Below are positions 40,239 through 49,960 of a stretch of 64,000 nucleotides of DNA, one piece after another. Numbering within the stretch: position 1 is the first letter of the stretch; every line of letters begins with the position of its first letter. The notes under the pieces were generated by a model. It had not been told where the DNA came from and did not search any database. It saw only the letters and a program-made list of their open reading frames with translations. The position numbers and the translations under genes were made by a program. Location of the stretch: assembly GCA_964367815.1 (NCBI GenBank), contig CAYIYR010000003.1, forward strand, positions 8,183 to 72,182, in the 5' to 3' direction. The stretch comes from an uncultured Eubacteriales bacterium (lineage in GTDB: Bacteria; Bacillota_I; Bacilli_A; RFN20; UBA1709).

Positions 40239-40430
40239 AAAAAAGAGGAAACCTAGGAACGAGTTACCGCGGTGCCATCCCAGTTCGCCTCTTTTTGTGC
40301 GCTCTTTATACCATTAACGCTGGTCACGTCTACTCCAAAAGTGTTCTCAATATCCATCCATTATCCTTCTTCCACCAGCAAGGACTCGCTCTCAATTTCT
40401 AGGATATATCGGCTTTTTTCTTAATAGATA
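40239..40430 (-). promoter_or_regulatory. T-box leader of asnS (probable AAC specifier)
   Basis: Minus strand: GAGAGCGAG (AG bulge), GCTGGTGGAAG (distal loop), ...GAGAACAC... with AAC (40343-40345) followed by A, and T-box GGGATGGCACCGCGG (40268-40282). Terminator AAAAAGAGG...CCTCTTTTTT. A TAGACA-17-TATAAT promoter lies at 40437-40465. Confidence 0.88.
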
Positions 40431-40467
40431 CTATATATTATATAGACGCAAAGCCTTACTGTCTAGA

Positions 40468-41136
40468 CTATTTTTTCGGATAATTTCTGATTGCCTCATT
40501 CATTTCTTGCTCATTGCGAGCTTTCAGAATTGGCAAGTAGTCATTATTCTTTAAAATCTCATTAGCTTTTTCATCATAATTGATTAAATCTTTGATATCT
40601 TCGGGGACATCGCCCTTCAAAACTTCCGGTTGCTTGTTCTTGCCACCCTTTTTATAGATTAGGGGAATAACAACCGAGTTACCAGCAATTGAAATAATTG
40701 CCGCAATAGCTAATGCAATAATGAAGTCAACACCAAAAGCAAAATGTAGTAAAAACATAAGTCCGATTGCAAAAATAAAGACAATCATCGAGATGATATT
40801 AAGTTTCTGCTGTCTCTTCATGACCCCATTACACCACTTATCGATATCAATGAGTTTTTGATTTGAAGCTGGATATTCAAAAGCCACAGCATAATCGATA
40901 TATTTATCATCAATAGTCACATATTGATCAATCTGCCGGGCACAAGCATTTAGAAAGGCTAGTTCCTTGACCCTAGTGATACAGACAGTTGCTAAAAAAC
41001 GATTCTCTGCTGTTACATAATCATTGGCTTTGCAAGCCAAAACCCAATATCTATCTTGAAAAGAAAGCGTATTGACATCGATAGAAGACAAATCTACTGG
41101 TTGATTCTGCGAAAACATTTCATAATACTTGTTCAT
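40468..41136 (-). CDS. Hypothetical protein with a central double-TM segment
   Basis: 222 aa. Starts directly after the queT stop (41137), so it is the last gene of the tsaE..queT operon. No recognised motif. Confidence 0.55.
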   Translation of the reverse strand: MNKYYEMFSQNQPVDLSSIDVNTLSFQDRYWVLACKANDYVTAENRFLATVCITRVKELAFLNACARQIDQYVTIDDKYIDYAVAFEYPASNQKLIDIDKWCNGVMKRQQKLNIISMIVFIFAIGLMFLLHFAFGVDFIIALAIAAIISIAGNSVVIPLIYKKGGKNKQPEVLKGDVPEDIKDLINYDEKANEILKNNDYLPILKARNEQEMNEAIRNYPKK

Positions 41137-41634
41137 TTATTTATCCCTTTCTGATTTATCCAAGGTAATAACCTGTACAAATCCCTTATTTTTCATTAAT
41201 AATAAATAGATTGGAACGCCAACCATTATAACGATGGTCTCTCCTAAAAATACTTCCAAACCGCTTAGGAGCAAAGGCAATTCCAAAATAAAGTATAACT
41301 CTAAACCGATGATTATGCCATTAAATAATGGTGGCCAGATTGCCGCGATAGCAATTTTCTTCGAATGGCTTATCCCAACACAACTTAAGGCCGTAGCCAG
41401 AGTTCCAAAAAGAATATCAAATGGTCCTAATGAGCTGAAGCAATTAGCAATTGCACAGCCTAGAACTATTCCATAACTATACCTTTTATCAAAAAAGCAA
41501 AGTAAAATCAGGACTTCTGAGACTCTAATTTGAATAGCGCCATAGGAAAAATCGCCAAGAGCAATTGTTAATACAACATAAATAGCTGCAACAACCGCCA
41601 TTTTCAACAGATTTCTTAAAGACAACTTACTCAT
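41137..41634 (-). CDS. queT: QueT-family queuosine-precursor transporter (ECF S-component-like)
   Basis: 165 aa; LLKMAVVAAIYVVLTIALGDFSYGAIQIRVSEVLILL pattern typical of QueT. Its ATG overlaps the tsaD stop (ATGA). Confidence 0.7.
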   Translation of the reverse strand: MSKLSLRNLLKMAVVAAIYVVLTIALGDFSYGAIQIRVSEVLILLCFFDKRYSYGIVLGCAIANCFSSLGPFDILFGTLATALSCVGISHSKKIAIAAIWPPLFNGIIIGLELYFILELPLLLSGLEVFLGETIVIMVGVPIYLLLMKNKGFVQVITLDKSERDK

Positions 41635-42659
41635 CGCTTTAAAACCTCATATTCAGTAATTGGCCAGCTAGGAAGAACTCCTAGTGACAAAGGTGAAAAG
41701 AACTTACGTTTATAAAGCTTAGAGCCCACTTTTGCAATCATTGCGGCATTATCGCCACAGCACCATAATGGTGGTAGAACCACATCAATATCTGGGTAAG
41801 CTTTGTTGACTTCTTCTTGCACTCTCTGTCTTAGATAAGAGTTGGCAGCAACACCACCAGCAACAATTACCTGCTTAACATCCCTAGTCTGTAATGCTAG
41901 AATAAGTTTCTCAACAATCATCTCGACCGCTCTTTTTTGAAAAGAAGCACACATATCATTGACATTAATGCTTTCACCCTTTTGTTCCAAGGTGTGAACA
42001 TAATTATTGATGTAAGTTTTTAAGCCACTATAAGAAACATTATAGGGATTATCAGTATGAGGTTTGGGAAGTTTATAAACTGGTTTGCCAAGTTTTGCAG
42101 CTTTATCAATCTTTGGTCCTCCCGGATAGCCTAGACCAATAATGCGGGCAACCTTATCATAGGCCTCGCCAATGGCATCATCCTGAGTGGTGCCAATAAT
42201 TTCAAAACTAAACTCTTCTTTCATATAAACAATCTCCGTATGTCCACCAGAAACTACTAATGCCATACAGGGAAATACGATTTCTTTCGCATAGCTATTA
42301 GCATAGATATGTCCGACAAGATGGTGAACGGAAATTAGAGGAATATCGAGAGCCAAAGACAAAGTCTTTGCTGCTTGTAATCCCACATGCAAAGCCCCAA
42401 TTAAACCAGGACCATTTGTTACAGCTACTGCCGCAAGATCATTAACATCAATCTTTGCATCAAATAAAGCCTCTTTTAAAACATAATTAATTTTCTCAAT
42501 GTGCAAACGAGAAGCAACTTCAGGCATAACTCCACCATATTTACAATGGGTGTCTATCTGGCTAGAAACCACATTAGCATAGAGATTTCCATCTTCATCA
42601 CAAATGGCGGCACTTGTTTCATCACAACTGCTTTCAATTCCCAAGATGTATTTTTTCAT
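41631..42659 (-). CDS. tsaD: tRNA N6-adenosine threonylcarbamoyltransferase
   Basis: MKKYILGIESSCDETS, HHLVGHI, VSGGHT, GGVAAN. Start set at the conserved N-terminus (42659); the ORF-track extension lies inside rimI. Confidence 0.95.
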   Translation of the reverse strand: MKKYILGIESSCDETSAAICDEDGNLYANVVSSQIDTHCKYGGVMPEVASRLHIEKINYVLKEALFDAKIDVNDLAAVAVTNGPGLIGALHVGLQAAKTLSLALDIPLISVHHLVGHIYANSYAKEIVFPCMALVVSGGHTEIVYMKEEFSFEIIGTTQDDAIGEAYDKVARIIGLGYPGGPKIDKAAKLGKPVYKLPKPHTDNPYNVSYSGLKTYINNYVHTLEQKGESINVNDMCASFQKRAVEMIVEKLILALQTRDVKQVIVAGGVAANSYLRQRVQEEVNKAYPDIDVVLPPLWCCGDNAAMIAKVGSKLYKRKFFSPLSLGVLPSWPITEYEVLKR

Positions 42660-43107
42660 AGTGCTCTCCTTCCTGCAGATTCTTAACCATTGCAATCGCA
42701 TCTTCGCCATCACTATAGTAACCTTTGCGAATACCAACTTCCACAAAATCAAAAGATTTATATAAGCTAATGGCTGAAAGATTACTCTTTCTAACTTCTA
42801 AGTCAATGACCACAACATTTGCTTTCTGACAGCGATCAATCATGTCATTCATTAAAACTTTTCCAAGTCCATGACCTTGTAATTCTTTCATAATGCTTAC
42901 TTTGGTAACTGTCGCATAATCATTTACTATCCAAATACCATAGAATCCAATAATCAAGTTCTTTTCCTCGAGGATGAAAATATAGGCATACTTATTGGTG
43001 GTTAATTCCTCCACCATCATCTTTTCATTCCAAGGAGTCTTGTAAAGACTATTTTCCAGCTTCATAATAGCTTGGATATCTTCCATTACCATTGGTCGTA
43101 CAATCAT
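42634..43107 (-). CDS. rimI: Ribosomal-protein-alanine N-acetyltransferase (GNAT)
   Basis: GNAT motif A QGHGLGKVLM; position between tsaB and tsaD. Confidence 0.85.
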   Translation of the reverse strand: MIVRPMVMEDIQAIMKLENSLYKTPWNEKMMVEELTTNKYAYIFILEEKNLIIGFYGIWIVNDYATVTKVSIMKELQGHGLGKVLMNDMIDRCQKANVVVIDLEVRKSNLSAISLYKSFDFVEVGIRKGYYSDGEDAIAMVKNLQEGEHYEKIHLGN

Positions 43108-43697
43108 ATAGCCTCTCTTAGATAGACTGGCACTAGTGCATCAACATCCGCACAATTACCAATTATCTTACTCAAATCAAACATATTCTCAACAAAATCA
43201 ATCGGTTTCGCTTCTAGACCTAAGACTTGCGTATCACCGACCAATTCATAGTCAGGATATTTCTTCCTCAAGGCATCAAGTTCTTCAATATTAACTACTT
43301 GATCTTTGGTTATAGCTTTACCATCTTTATATACTCCCACATATGCTCTTTTATTTCGAGCATCTAATATTGCGATTTTAAGCCCTCTGACGCCCGCGAT
43401 AGCTTGTAAGGATGAAAGTACACAAACCGGTTTTTTTAACGCTAGTGACAAAACTTTTGCAATTGTAAGCGCAATTCTGATGCCAGTATATGATCCTGGA
43501 CCATTTGTAACAACCACGCGGTCAATCTCATTGGCTTTAATCCCAACACTATCCAGTGTCTTCTTAACTTCTTGGATAGCAAATTCTGATTGTCGTTGCC
43601 AAGCAACATACTGGGTTTTTGAGATAATCTTATCATCATCGGTTAATCCCACTACTAAATACTGGGCAGTGGTATCAATAATTAATTGTTTTCCCAT
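43104..43697 (-). CDS. tsaB: tRNA t6A biosynthesis protein TsaB
   Basis: LIIDTT..., VVTNGPGSYTGIRIALT motif. Confidence 0.9.
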   Translation of the reverse strand: MGKQLIIDTTAQYLVVGLTDDDKIISKTQYVAWQRQSEFAIQEVKKTLDSVGIKANEIDRVVVTNGPGSYTGIRIALTIAKVLSLALKKPVCVLSSLQAIAGVRGLKIAILDARNKRAYVGVYKDGKAITKDQVVNIEELDALRKKYPDYELVGDTQVLGLEAKPIDFVENMFDLSKIIGNCADVDALVPVYLREAI

Positions 43698-44176
43698 AAC
43701 TTCTCAACCCTCTCTAATATCTGATCATAATGCTTACCAAAACTAGTAAAAGTATATAAGCGCTTATGATTACCTTCAATTTTGATGTCAATGCGCAAAT
43801 ACTCCTCAGGTAAAATGTAATCAATATATTCTGGCCATTCTACCAAGCATAAGCCATCGCCTTGCAAATACTCATCTAGACCAATGTCTTGTTTCATTCC
43901 CTCTAGACGATAGGCATCAATATGATACAAAGGCAAACGCCCCTTAAAGTAACACCGAACAATATTAAAAGTAGGACTAATAACTGTTTCGTTAACATTT
44001 AGTCCCAAACCGATACCCTTAGCAAAAGCCGTTTTGCCACTACCTAATTCACCATAGAGCAAAATAACATCACCAGAGGTAAACTGCTTTGCCAAAGTGC
44101 TAGCAAAAGCTGCAGTATCTGCTTCTTTATTTGATTTAAATTGATATTTCAATTCAATCGCCTCCATCGCCATCAT
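43682..44176 (-). CDS. tsaE: tRNA t6A biosynthesis ATPase TsaE
   Basis: Walker A GELGSGKTAFAKG, SPTFNIV, HIDAYRL. Confidence 0.9.
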   Translation of the reverse strand: MMAMEAIELKYQFKSNKEADTAAFASTLAKQFTSGDVILLYGELGSGKTAFAKGIGLGLNVNETVISPTFNIVRCYFKGRLPLYHIDAYRLEGMKQDIGLDEYLQGDGLCLVEWPEYIDYILPEEYLRIDIKIEGNHKRLYTFTSFGKHYDQILERVEKLWENN

Positions 44177-44217
44177 ATATCATAGCATATAATTCTTAAT
44201 AAAGTAAAAATAGTAAA

Positions 44218-44739
44218 CTATTTTAATTGCATAAAGTGTTTGTAGTACTGATTTATAACTTCATCGTTAAAAGGATAGGCACCCGTGTTGCACTTTTGAA
44301 TAATTTCATACAGAGCCGCTTTGAGCAAATAATCTAAGCGATCAGGATACTTCATCTTTTCTTTATGTCTTAAGTATTCCATCTCATCAAGGATTTTCAG
44401 TGGCTGATTAGGTTTCAAGCCAACGTCAAGATCATAGTCGATATAGATTATCATATCTTCCTCGGTTCGAACCGGTGAAGCAATGTTGACATAATAATGA
44501 ATGCCATCAGGACGAATCATGCAGATGACGTTATACCATTTATCTTCAAAGAAAATGGTTATGGCTGGTTCTCTAACCTGCCAACTTCTACCATCGCCTT
44601 CATAAACTGTCGCCGCATCGTTACCAACGACTAAAAGTCCATCATGATGTTCGAGGACTAATGACTTATCCCACATCCGATGAACATTACCGCTATGCTT
44701 AAAACTACAAATAGGGACCCATTGTCCTTCTTTTAACAT
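44218..44739 (-). CDS. DUF402-family nucleoside tri/diphosphatase (Ntdp/YgaC-like)
   Basis: 173 aa; ...FKHSGNVHRMW...YYVNIASP...DYDLDV... matches the DUF402 pattern. Confidence 0.6.
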   Translation of the reverse strand: MLKEGQWVPICSFKHSGNVHRMWDKSLVLEHHDGLLVVGNDAATVYEGDGRSWQVREPAITIFFEDKWYNVICMIRPDGIHYYVNIASPVRTEEDMIIYIDYDLDVGLKPNQPLKILDEMEYLRHKEKMKYPDRLDYLLKAALYEIIQKCNTGAYPFNDEVINQYYKHFMQLK

Positions 44740-44860
44740 TCAAATCACTTCGCTTTATACATTGATAACAAGTTTATTATACCTTAAAAAGACATCGCTT
44801 GTAGATATATTTTTGTTTATTTTAAAAAAAGGTGACTACACTTTGGCTAGGAGGATAAAT

Positions 44861-45061
44861 ATGAAACAACCACCATATATGATTACGCCTAAAGATCGCT
44901 TATATTTAGAAGACTTACTAAACCAGACTTTACTAGCTGCCAAAAAAATTGAGTATTATCAAACACTAGCTAAGAATCAGTCAATTGTGACAACGCTAGA
45001 AGATGTTGAAAATGTCTTGACAACTCACTATGATGATTTGCTATTAATTATGGAGGGATAA
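44861..45061 (+). CDS. Small hypothetical protein (66 aa), probable partner of the downstream CotF-like gene
   Basis: ATG at 44861 after AGGAGGATAAAT; 3-nt gap to the next gene. LEDLLNQTLLAAKKIEYY is helical like Coat-F repeats. Confidence 0.5.
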   Translation: MKQPPYMITPKDRLYLEDLLNQTLLAAKKIEYYQTLAKNQSIVTTLEDVENVLTTHYDDLLLIMEG

Positions 45062-45064
45062 AAG

Positions 45065-45370
45065 ATGGAGAAAGCAAAAAAAAGTGCCACCAACAAGGTA
45101 GCAACTTTCAGTGATAAAGACATAATCAATGATACTCTATCAACATTAAAAAGCTTAGTTAATCTTTACAATGTCTACTCAATAGAAACTAGTAATGAAG
45201 ACCTGTATGACGGCATTGAACAATTGCGCTTAGAAACTAGCGAATTGCAAAGGCAAGTATTCTCGACTATCTATGGTTTAGGCTATTATACTCTCGAAGC
45301 AGAAACTAATGAAAAGATTCAAAAATCTATTAACCAATTCGATAGTATGCGTTCGCAAATTAGCAATTAG
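45065..45370 (+). CDS. Coat F-domain (CotF-like) spore coat protein
   Basis: FSDKDIINDTLSTLKSLVNLYNVYSIETSNEDLY...LQRQVFSTIYGLGYY resembles the Coat F domain consensus. Confidence 0.55.
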   Translation: MEKAKKSATNKVATFSDKDIINDTLSTLKSLVNLYNVYSIETSNEDLYDGIEQLRLETSELQRQVFSTIYGLGYYTLEAETNEKIQKSINQFDSMRSQISN

Positions 45371-46055
45371 TGGTACTACGTACCACTTTTTTTCGACATT
45401 GCAGTAGTATTGCAACTTGGGAAGGTAAGTAGAAAGCCCAAATCAGAACTAGAAAAATGGTTTTATCATACAAGTTATTAAGACCGACATTTAGATCACA
45501 TAATAAAAGACCAATAGCGCCAATTAGATAAAAAATATTCTCTTTTATCATTCTTTTTTTCGCAAGGGTTATCATTGAACTAATAACATTAAATAAAGAC
45601 ATGGCATAATAGAATGTCGCAACTATACTAATTGGCATATCCAAGGAAGGATTTGCGCGACATACTAGCCAAGCAATCAAACCACCAAGACAACCGGACA
45701 GAACTTGAAAAATAATCCATTTTGGTTTATTAACATATAGTAAATAGCAAATCTGAACTAAGGCAAAAAAGCCAATGCCTGCATAATAATACCAACCACT
45801 CTTAAATAGCAAAAAATAATCAGCAATCAAGACAAGGAAAAGGCTAATGAAAAGGGTTGGCTTTTTTCGTAAAGCTTCACTATCGCTAATAGTGACCATA
45901 AATACCGAATTAATAAAGATACTAATATATTTAATTAAATTTATTGATCCTGTATCAATGAATGAGCCCGCTTCACCAATAATAAAAGTCAAATAAAGCC
46001 CTAACTCGATCAACAAAAATACAATTAGCGACAAATTTCTTGGACTTTTTTTCAT
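45360..46055 (-). CDS. Polytopic membrane protein, YhhN-like (second copy in the window)
   Basis: 231 aa, ~8 TM, LIADYFLLF and LLCDLNVGL motifs analogous to the 23323..24015 gene. Confidence 0.4.
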   Translation of the reverse strand: MKKSPRNLSLIVFLLIELGLYLTFIIGEAGSFIDTGSINLIKYISIFINSVFMVTISDSEALRKKPTLFISLFLVLIADYFLLFKSGWYYYAGIGFFALVQICYLLYVNKPKWIIFQVLSGCLGGLIAWLVCRANPSLDMPISIVATFYYAMSLFNVISSMITLAKKRMIKENIFYLIGAIGLLLCDLNVGLNNLYDKTIFLVLIWAFYLPSQVAILLQCRKKVVRSTTNC

Positions 46056-46069
46056 TCTTTCACCTGCTT

Positions 46070-46101
46070 TTTTAGAAGAAAGCCAACCGATTAGGTTGGC
46101 T
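46070..46101 (-). terminator. Terminator downstream of the EF-G paralogue
   Basis: AGCCAACC-TAATC-GGTTGGCT followed by TTCTTCT on the minus strand (weak T-run). Confidence 0.5.
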
Positions 46102-46106
46102 CTTAA

Positions 46107-48158
46107 TTATTCGGCTTTGGCGTTTGCTTGGATAATCTTATCAACTAAATTTGATGGAACCTCATCATAGCGAATAAACTTCATCGTAAAGGTCGCTTGA
46201 GCTTGAGTCATCGTCTTTAAATCAATAATATATTTTGAAAGTTCACTTTGCGGAACTTCGGCGGTAATGTATTGTTCTTCACCAACTGGCTCGATACCCA
46301 TAATAATACCACGACGTTTACTTAAATCGCCCATAATGTCACCAATAAATTCATTTGGACCAACGACTTTAATTTCCATGATTGGTTCTAGAATGGTTGG
46401 TTTAGCTTGTTTGCAGCCATCTTTGAAAGCAAAGGAAGCAGCCATTTTGAAAGCCAATTCACTAGAATCGACTGGATGGTATTTACCATCGTGCAATCTA
46501 GCTCTAATTCCGATAGCAGGGAAACCGGCAAGAACACCAGTCTTCATAGCATCTTCTAAGCCCTTTTGAACGGCTGGTATAAAGTTTGTTGGAACGGCCC
46601 CACCAAAGATGTCATTAACAAATTCAAAATCTTGTTCGGAGTGATCAAATTCGATTTTGACAACACCATATTGTCCACTGCCACCAGATTGTTTAACATA
46701 GCGGCCTTCAACATCGGCTTTACCCTTAATGGTTTCACGATAGGAAATCTTAGCATCGCCAAGAATGACATCAATATTATATAATGATTTCAATTTATCT
46801 ACGATAACATCAATATGAGATTGACCTTGGCAGCCAACAAGTAACTGTTTTGATTCCGCATTACGCTCGGCGGTAACTGATAGATCTTCAGAGCAAATTT
46901 TTCTTAAAGCATCGGTGATTTTACCTTCATCATTCTTGTTTTTAACTTCAACAGCGAAGTAAATGGTTGGAGCAATTGGTTCAACACCAGCGTATTTAAC
47001 GGTTTTGGATGGTTCACATAATGTGTCACCAGTTTCTAAGGATGCTACTTTCATCAAGATACCGATATCACCAGCAGTGATAGTGGAAGTTTCTAACTGT
47101 TCTTTGCCTCTAATAAAAGCAATATTGTTAATTCTTTCTTTGGCATCTTTATTCATATTGAAAATAGTTTGATCTTTCGAGACACTGCCACTTAAGACCT
47201 TAATGAAAGAAATTTTTCCAACAAATGGGTCAACCATGGTTTTAAATACTAAAGCTGAGAATGGAGCAGTAGCATCAACCTTATCGTTGGTGGTTTCTAT
47301 TAATTCATTAGCTACGCCAAAGGAAACCTTTGGTTCATCTTCACTTGAGAAATATTCTTCACAAATTCCTAGCAATCCCTTAACACCACTATTCTTTGCA
47401 GAGGAGCCAAAAACAACTGGTGCTAAAATGCCGGCTGCAACCGCTTGTTTCAAAGCTGGTTTTAATTCCTCAATAGAAATTGGTTCTTCGGCAAAATACT
47501 TGTCGAGAATGCCTTCATCAAAGTTTGCCGCTGCCTCAATAATAGCGCCATGTAATTGGGTCGCTAAATCACGATATTCGGCAGGAATTTCACAAACCTT
47601 GTTATCAATACTGGCGGTCATATCAACAATATGCAGATAGCCTCTGTGTTGATCGGCTGTGCCAATTGGCCAGGTAAATGGAATCGCTTTTTTCTCGAAA
47701 TCCTTGTTTAGTTGTTCTAATAATTCATCTAATTTGATATTTTCTTTATCCATTTTATTGACAAAGATAATCGTTGGTAAGCCATATTGACGAACTGCGC
47801 GCCAATTCTTTCTACTGCCAACTTCAACGCCCTTAACAGCATCACAAACAATGACAGCATTTCTGGCTACCCTTAACACTTCCTTAATTTCCATTTCGAA
47901 ATCAAAGAATCCCGGTGTATCAATGAAGTTGTACTTTTGGTTATTATATTCGACTGGTACAACGCTGGAATAGATAGAAATCTTTTGGTTCTTCTCTTCT
48001 TTGGTAAAGTCGCTAACGGTATTTCCATCGTCAACATTACCCTTCTTACTGATGGTGCCGCTTCTATGCAGCAGGGACTCAACTAAAGAAGTTTTGCCAC
48101 TTCCTTGGTGTCCCACAATGGCGATACTTTTAATCGCACTGGGTTGATAATCCTTCAT
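46107..48158 (-). CDS. Elongation factor G paralogue (EF-G2-type translational GTPase)
   Basis: G1 GHQGSGKTS, G3 DTPGFFDF, G4 NKMD; EF-G domains II-V; 683 aa. Not in the str operon context. Confidence 0.85.
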   Translation of the reverse strand: MKDYQPSAIKSIAIVGHQGSGKTSLVESLLHRSGTISKKGNVDDGNTVSDFTKEEKNQKISIYSSVVPVEYNNQKYNFIDTPGFFDFEMEIKEVLRVARNAVIVCDAVKGVEVGSRKNWRAVRQYGLPTIIFVNKMDKENIKLDELLEQLNKDFEKKAIPFTWPIGTADQHRGYLHIVDMTASIDNKVCEIPAEYRDLATQLHGAIIEAAANFDEGILDKYFAEEPISIEELKPALKQAVAAGILAPVVFGSSAKNSGVKGLLGICEEYFSSEDEPKVSFGVANELIETTNDKVDATAPFSALVFKTMVDPFVGKISFIKVLSGSVSKDQTIFNMNKDAKERINNIAFIRGKEQLETSTITAGDIGILMKVASLETGDTLCEPSKTVKYAGVEPIAPTIYFAVEVKNKNDEGKITDALRKICSEDLSVTAERNAESKQLLVGCQGQSHIDVIVDKLKSLYNIDVILGDAKISYRETIKGKADVEGRYVKQSGGSGQYGVVKIEFDHSEQDFEFVNDIFGGAVPTNFIPAVQKGLEDAMKTGVLAGFPAIGIRARLHDGKYHPVDSSELAFKMAASFAFKDGCKQAKPTILEPIMEIKVVGPNEFIGDIMGDLSKRRGIIMGIEPVGEEQYITAEVPQSELSKYIIDLKTMTQAQATFTMKFIRYDEVPSNLVDKIIQANAKAE

Positions 48159-48246
48159 TTTATTCCTCCTGAATTATTGTCTAAAAAAACTCTCGTGCCA
48201 ATATAATAACACACTATACCTGTTCTTTTAAAGAACAAATTACATT

Positions 48247-49080
48247 TTACTGGTGAAAAATACGATAAACATCATTCTTATTAATTTTATAGGCATCAGC
48301 AACACTACGGATAGCATCGCGTGTTGACATTCCTTCGTCGACAAGTTTATTAACTTCCGCCACTATTTCGAAATGACTTATTGATGGCTTCTCTTCTTTT
48401 TTGCACCCTTCTACCACTAATACCATCTCTCCTTTGAGCGGTCTAGTGATGGCGATATTTAATAATTCTTCTAAAGTTCCCCGCAGATACTCTTCAAATT
48501 TTTTTGTGAGTTCACGGGCGATACAAGCCTTGCGTAAACCAAATATTTTATTCATAGCTTCTAAGGTGTCAACTATCCGATGTGGAGCCTCGTAGAAGAT
48601 CATTGTTTCCTCTTTCTTACAAAGTTCCTCTAATTCTTTCTTTCTATCACCATCATGATGGCTCAAAAACCCATGAAAATAAAAATGATTTGTTGGTAAG
48701 CCCGAACCAACTAACGCATTAATTAATGCGCAAGGTCCTGATATTACTTCTACCTTGATGTCAAGGTCTAAACATTTGCTAATGACTAAACTACCAGGGT
48801 CAGAAATACCCGGGTATCCCGCATCACTAGTAATGGCAACACTGCGGCCATCATGGATAGCCTCAATTATTTTCTCTGATTCAAAAGCTTCATTATGCTC
48901 ATGGCAGGATACTAAAGGTGTTTCAATGCCAAAATGTTGACATAGTTTGCGCGTATTACGAGTATCTTCGCTAGCAATAAAAGCGACATTCTTCAATGTT
49001 TCAATCGCTCTAGGGGTCATTTCTTGTAAATTGCCAATGGGTGTCGATACTATGTAAAGCGTGGCATTATTGTTTTCCAT
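48247..49080 (-). CDS. rsmI: 16S rRNA (cytidine1402-2'-O)-methyltransferase
   Basis: LYIVSTPIGNLQEMTPRAIETL and SDAGYPGISDPG motifs. Confidence 0.92.
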   Translation of the reverse strand: MENNNATLYIVSTPIGNLQEMTPRAIETLKNVAFIASEDTRNTRKLCQHFGIETPLVSCHEHNEAFESEKIIEAIHDGRSVAITSDAGYPGISDPGSLVISKCLDLDIKVEVISGPCALINALVGSGLPTNHFYFHGFLSHHDGDRKKELEELCKKEETMIFYEAPHRIVDTLEAMNKIFGLRKACIARELTKKFEEYLRGTLEELLNIAITRPLKGEMVLVVEGCKKEEKPSISHFEIVAEVNKLVDEGMSTRDAIRSVADAYKINKNDVYRIFHQ

Positions 49081-49960
49081 TTTCGTTCTCTTTCATTTTA
49101 TTGACAATTTTTTGAACATCTTTTAAAGCAGCAACTTTCGTATCTTCCGGATTCTCCAAACGTACCTGACCCGTTAGAACATTGATGCTAGTAATTTTAT
49201 ATAGAGAATCTTCGTATTTAATTCTCAAACCAATTTTAGGTAAACCTTTCCTAATTTCACTATATTGTTCATCTTCATATTTTAAGCAGCAAATAAGTTT
49301 GCCACAATGACCGGATAATTTTTGAATGTTCAAAGCCAAGAATTGATTCTTAGCCATATTAATACTGATACCATCAAACTCGCCTAAGAATGAACTGCAG
49401 CAGAGTGGCAAGCCACAAGAACCAATACCACCGATTAGTTTTGAACGGTCTCTAGTTCCAATTTGTCTCAGTTCAATCCGGCATTTCAATTTAGCAGCTA
49501 AATCCTTTAAAAGTTCGCGGAAATCAACCCGATTATCAGCAACATAAAGGAAGATAATCTTAGAACGATCCAAGGTATATTCAGTTTTTAACAGATTCAT
49601 TTCTAATTTAAAATTAGCGATACTACCTTTGCAGATATCATGCGCTGTAACAGCTAGTTTAAGATTTTCTTGATAATTCTGCAAATCCAAACTCGTAGCA
49701 ATTCGGATGATAGGTTTCAACGACAAAGGTGTCTTCATTTTCTCAACCGGTGTTGCTTCAATCACAACATGGCCCAGCTCAACACCGCGGACAGTTTCCA
49801 CCACAACATCAGTTCCCTTGACAATGCTTTCATCATAAGTATGAAAGTAATAAGGTCTAGTATTTGCAAAGGCTACACCAGCATAAAAACCATCAGTGTA
49901 TATTTGCCCACCGTTATCTTGATTATTGTCATCTTTCTTCTCTTTTCTCTCTATTTCCAT
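49067..49960 (-). CDS. ricT: PSP1-domain protein RicT (YaaT)
   Basis: PSP1 domain with the Cys cluster SCGLPLCCSSFL...GHCGKLICCLKYE; conserved holB-yaaT order. Confidence 0.85.
   Translation of the reverse strand: MEIERKEKKDDNNQDNGGQIYTDGFYAGVAFANTRPYYFHTYDESIVKGTDVVVETVRGVELGHVVIEATPVEKMKTPLSLKPIIRIATSLDLQNYQENLKLAVTAHDICKGSIANFKLEMNLLKTEYTLDRSKIIFLYVADNRVDFRELLKDLAAKLKCRIELRQIGTRDRSKLIGGIGSCGLPLCCSSFLGEFDGISINMAKNQFLALNIQKLSGHCGKLICCLKYEDEQYSEIRKGLPKIGLRIKYEDSLYKITSINVLTGQVRLENPEDTKVAALKDVQKIVNKMKENENGKQ

Noticed and set aside
42660-42752. N-terminal extension of the tsaD ORF (MILWKLVF...).
   Set aside because: It lies inside rimI in another frame. The conserved TsaD N-terminus MKKYILGIESSCDET begins at 42659.
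43306-43746. 146-aa plus-strand ORF.
   Set aside because: It is entirely antisense to tsaB/tsaE, with no RBS and a low-complexity translation. It is a typical shadow ORF of an AT-rich coding region. The same applies to 47203..47640, 46267..46569, 29815..30117, 26040..26282, 24522..24782, 11626..11865, 7039..7281, 670..942 and the other short antisense ORFs in the track.
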